From: Ramazzottius varieornatus
Lineage: Eukaryota; Animalia; Tardigrada
Length of the DNA stretch: 59,077 bases
Direction: 5' to 3'
Assembly (NCBI GenBank): GCA_001949185.1
Contig: BDGG01000011.1
Location: forward strand, 1,352,518-1,411,594
The notes under the pieces: model-generated
The model's database searches: none
The model's input: the letters and a program-made list of their open reading frames with translations, nothing else
Told to the model about the DNA's origin: nothing
Position numbers and translations under genes: made by a program
Shown here: one piece after another, positions 56,234-59,077 of the stretch
Layout: every line of letters begins with the position of its first letter
Numbering within the stretch: position 1 is the first letter of the stretch

Positions 56234-57285
56234 TCAGAAATACAGATCTTTTGTCAGCATGGACACTACGCTGGGCACCTGCTTCTTAGCATTCAAATCC
56301 GTTCTGTTAGCGCACGACTCGAAATTATAGGCCACGTCATAACTGACACGTGTCAACAGACGTTGAAAATCCACTTCTCGTTCATCGTCCCGGTTTGAAC
56401 CCGATGGAAACTTCATATCCCGCAACTTCCTGGTAAACGCTTCGACAAACCACGAACCGCGAGATGCATTGCGCCAGGAGTAATAACCAGGAACTGTGGA
56501 GTAGGCATAGAGGAAATCAGCTTCGGCTGGAATCCGCTGTGCGGAAGAATCGTCGCTCTCGACCGAACCAGGAAACAGCACGCCGTTCTCCAGCTTGTCC
56601 CCGCGGCAAGCTTGGATCAGGAAAACCTTGGGTTTGCCGATCAGAGAAGGGTGAATATATTTCTTGAACGGTAAGAGTAACTCATCTAGGCTTGTCTTCC
56701 CATCACGTCTAAAACACAAGAATATTTTCATCGATTTCTAACTTTGGTGAAACAGTTTTCTTCCGGAATTTACCCGTAGATGACTCCGTCGTTTCCGTGG
56801 CTCAAGATGGCGCAAATGAAACAGTCCATGGCGTTGTAATTGATCTCCGCCGCGTAGTATTCCATCGCTTTTCGCATGTTTCTAACAGTCAAGTCGTCGT
56901 ATCGGTGGATATTGCTTGTTTCAAAGCCGAGTAACCTAAACGAGTCTTGGAGGTTTGCAGCATCGACTTGAGTTCCTGTCCGCTGTGACATCCCCAGAGC
57001 AGGTTCGAAGGTCTCGTTGTTGATTATAACAGCCATACCGCGGCTATCGTGCCCCATGAAGTATCGAAGATGAACGTCTGGTGTCGACAACAGTAAGGAA
57101 TCACGTGGATAATGTGGCTGGTTAGGTTGAAGGGTATCAAGAGGATGCGCAGTCACTTGGGTTGACGAGCTGATCATCTGAAGTATGCTTCTTCTGGACT
57201 GTCCCATCGGAGGTCCTGCATCCGAGGACGTCGAGTTGGATTTCCTGACTCTTCTTTGCACGTTAGCGCTTTTGGGCTCGACCAT
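56234..57285 (-). CDS. Effector-type caspase (caspase-3/7-like), one intron at about 56710-56772
   Basis: RGMAVIINN; RTGTQVDA; ILSHG; KPKVFLIQACRG; IPAEADFLYAYSTVPGYYSWRN; GSWF; KQVP..SMLTKDLYF; no CARD or DED prodomain. Confidence 0.95.
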
Positions 57286-57907
57286 TTTTCAGCTGTAAGG
57301 CCGATCTGTTTTCTGTACTAATGGAAACCGACTGACGAGGATGGAAACAAGGAAGCTTTCACTGGGCCACCGATTTACAACTCGGATCACTTGGTATCCC
57401 CGAAAGACATCACCAGAATTCGATAGTGTCGTGAAAGAGACGAACCCTGAGCGAAGAACCAACGTGTTGACTGTGCTTGGAAAGTATCTACCCAGGTCTA
57501 AGAGTCACTTGAGGCTTTAGAACAGGCAATGAGAAGGAGATAATAATAGCGGACGTTTTTATCGTCAGTTCGAACAATGCACTATCGATAACTTTATGTA
57601 CTGTATATCAGCAAGAGCCCTAAATTCAGAGTTCCAGCCATTGTGACCAATTATCGAATTGGAGCAAATGAGCTAATAATCGCTCGGGTTTCTTCCTCTG
57701 TCCGCCAAGTTACTGCCGCTGAATATAAATTTGCCCACGGCACTCGTCACCGACTGAAAACGCCTGACGTACTCTTTGTGGCGAGCACATCGAGTGGCCT
57801 GTGCCAACGCCAAGATCATTTAATGGTGATCTCGAATTGGGCATCACGAACGACCATACCTGTCCCATGATGTCGGGGCGGATAGATTACTCAGTGCTAG
57901 TAACTAA

Positions 57908-58640
57908 GGTGCCGTCGCGTGCCGCGGTGGCAGTTGCTTTAGTGCAAACCAGAGTTACTCTTGCCACTGTGAAAGTGGGGGCAAACCGACGGCGGGAACC
58001 ACATTATACAAAGGTCTGCACGTGAAATATTTCGAGCGCAGAACGACGCAAAGATGAAAAAGAAAACGAGATACAGTGGGTACATAAGCCGATTAGTGCA
58101 GCGAGTATACACTTTCACGATAATCTCCTGACAAAATGCCATGTACAGTATTCATGCTTCATTCGTTGCAACTGCATCGCACTGGGCTGAAGCAGAGTTT
58201 CCAAGGGACTTGAGGCATGTACTAAGGGCAGGCTGTTAGGTTTCTGCAATACAGTAGGTAACGAGATCTTCGTCAGACTGGTCGAAGATGGACGAACTGC
58301 TGAAGTGGTGATGGTAGTTCGTGGGGAAGCGCAATGCGCAAACGATCCTGACTTGGGCCTAGGCGGCTGGCTGGCTCTTAGCCGCCTATGCAGGGTGTCT
58401 GCATGAGCATCCAGATCATCATCCAGATAACAGTGATGCGAAATCTGATCGTTTTCATCCTGCTGACCCTAACGCGATTTAGTGATTATAACGGAAACTT
58501 CACCACATCTACCGGTCAGGACTATCAAGTCCAATTCTGCGTTAATGCTTCCAGGGTAACCCATAAAGATTAAAGAGCACACACATGTGTACACGGTGGT
58601 GGCCGATTCAGGTTGTTGCTGTTGCCTGCCTTTGCGATCC
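57908..58640 (+). CDS. Possible small Cys-rich spliced protein, unidentified
   Basis: Exon-like open frames AVACRGGSCFSANQSYSCHCESGG, FCNTVGNEIFVRLV and DYNGNFTTSTGQDYQVQFC near plausible splice sites; start not found. Confidence 0.25.
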
Positions 58641-59077
58641 CCCTTAATCTCTAAGTAGCACCGTACGTACACATGCGCCCTCTGAACGATTTAAGGCACT
58701 ATATTAATTTTGTCGCTATACCGGGGTCTAACGTATGCACCGATCGAAAGGTTGGGGGTGAACCACAGTTTCCGGAGCTCCACTACTGGCAAATCCAGAA
58801 ACCAACACCCGGGAAGCACAAACATACAAAGGAATTTGGTAAAGCAGAGGACGCTAGAAGTATGCTCCTTCCCTTCGTTTTATTGCGTCCATCGAGTCGC
58901 CGGTCGTTTCTCGACGGCATTTTCCATATCGATTTAGACCCCTCATTAGCCAAATTCGGTCGACAGATTAGCATTGTAAGCACTAGTACAATCTACTCAA
59001 GGAAAGACTATAAAGCCGGTTATTGTTGTTCGTAGAACTGTACGGTTCAACAAAGGAGACAGTACGAGTGACTCCTT

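Overview
Eukaryotic (animal) genomic DNA with short GT-AG introns; a small-intron invertebrate is inferred and a tardigrade is only a guess. Conserved genes: RPL3 3' end, a divergent delta-COP paralog lacking its mu-homology domain, a secreted astacin-fold pseudoprotease, a NEDD4-family WWP1/Su(dx) HECT E3 head-to-head with NOB1, prolylcarboxypeptidase, calpain-5/Tra-3, a NIT-domain guanylyl cyclase and an effector caspase. The 5.4-23.3 kb interval is a rearranged island holding four membrane-anchored RING E3 genes, a local duplication, a copied WWP1 fragment and DD37D, hAT and CACTA-like transposon remnants. A full-length intron-containing pogo transposon sits at 34.5-37.5 kb. Two observations stand out. 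(1) A spliced gene at 42.2-50.4 kb fuses an ULK/Atg1-like kinase to a LysM domain and a degenerate Hsp70 nucleotide-binding domain, a candidate cytosolic glycan sensor; it has one apparent frameshift. (2) About 22 copies of a spaced palindrome AAGTGGCGCAC-N25-GTGCGCCACTT occur with near-invariant spacer length, mostly in introns, and were seen only in the first 31.4 kb. Exon models were assembled by eye and no database searches were run.
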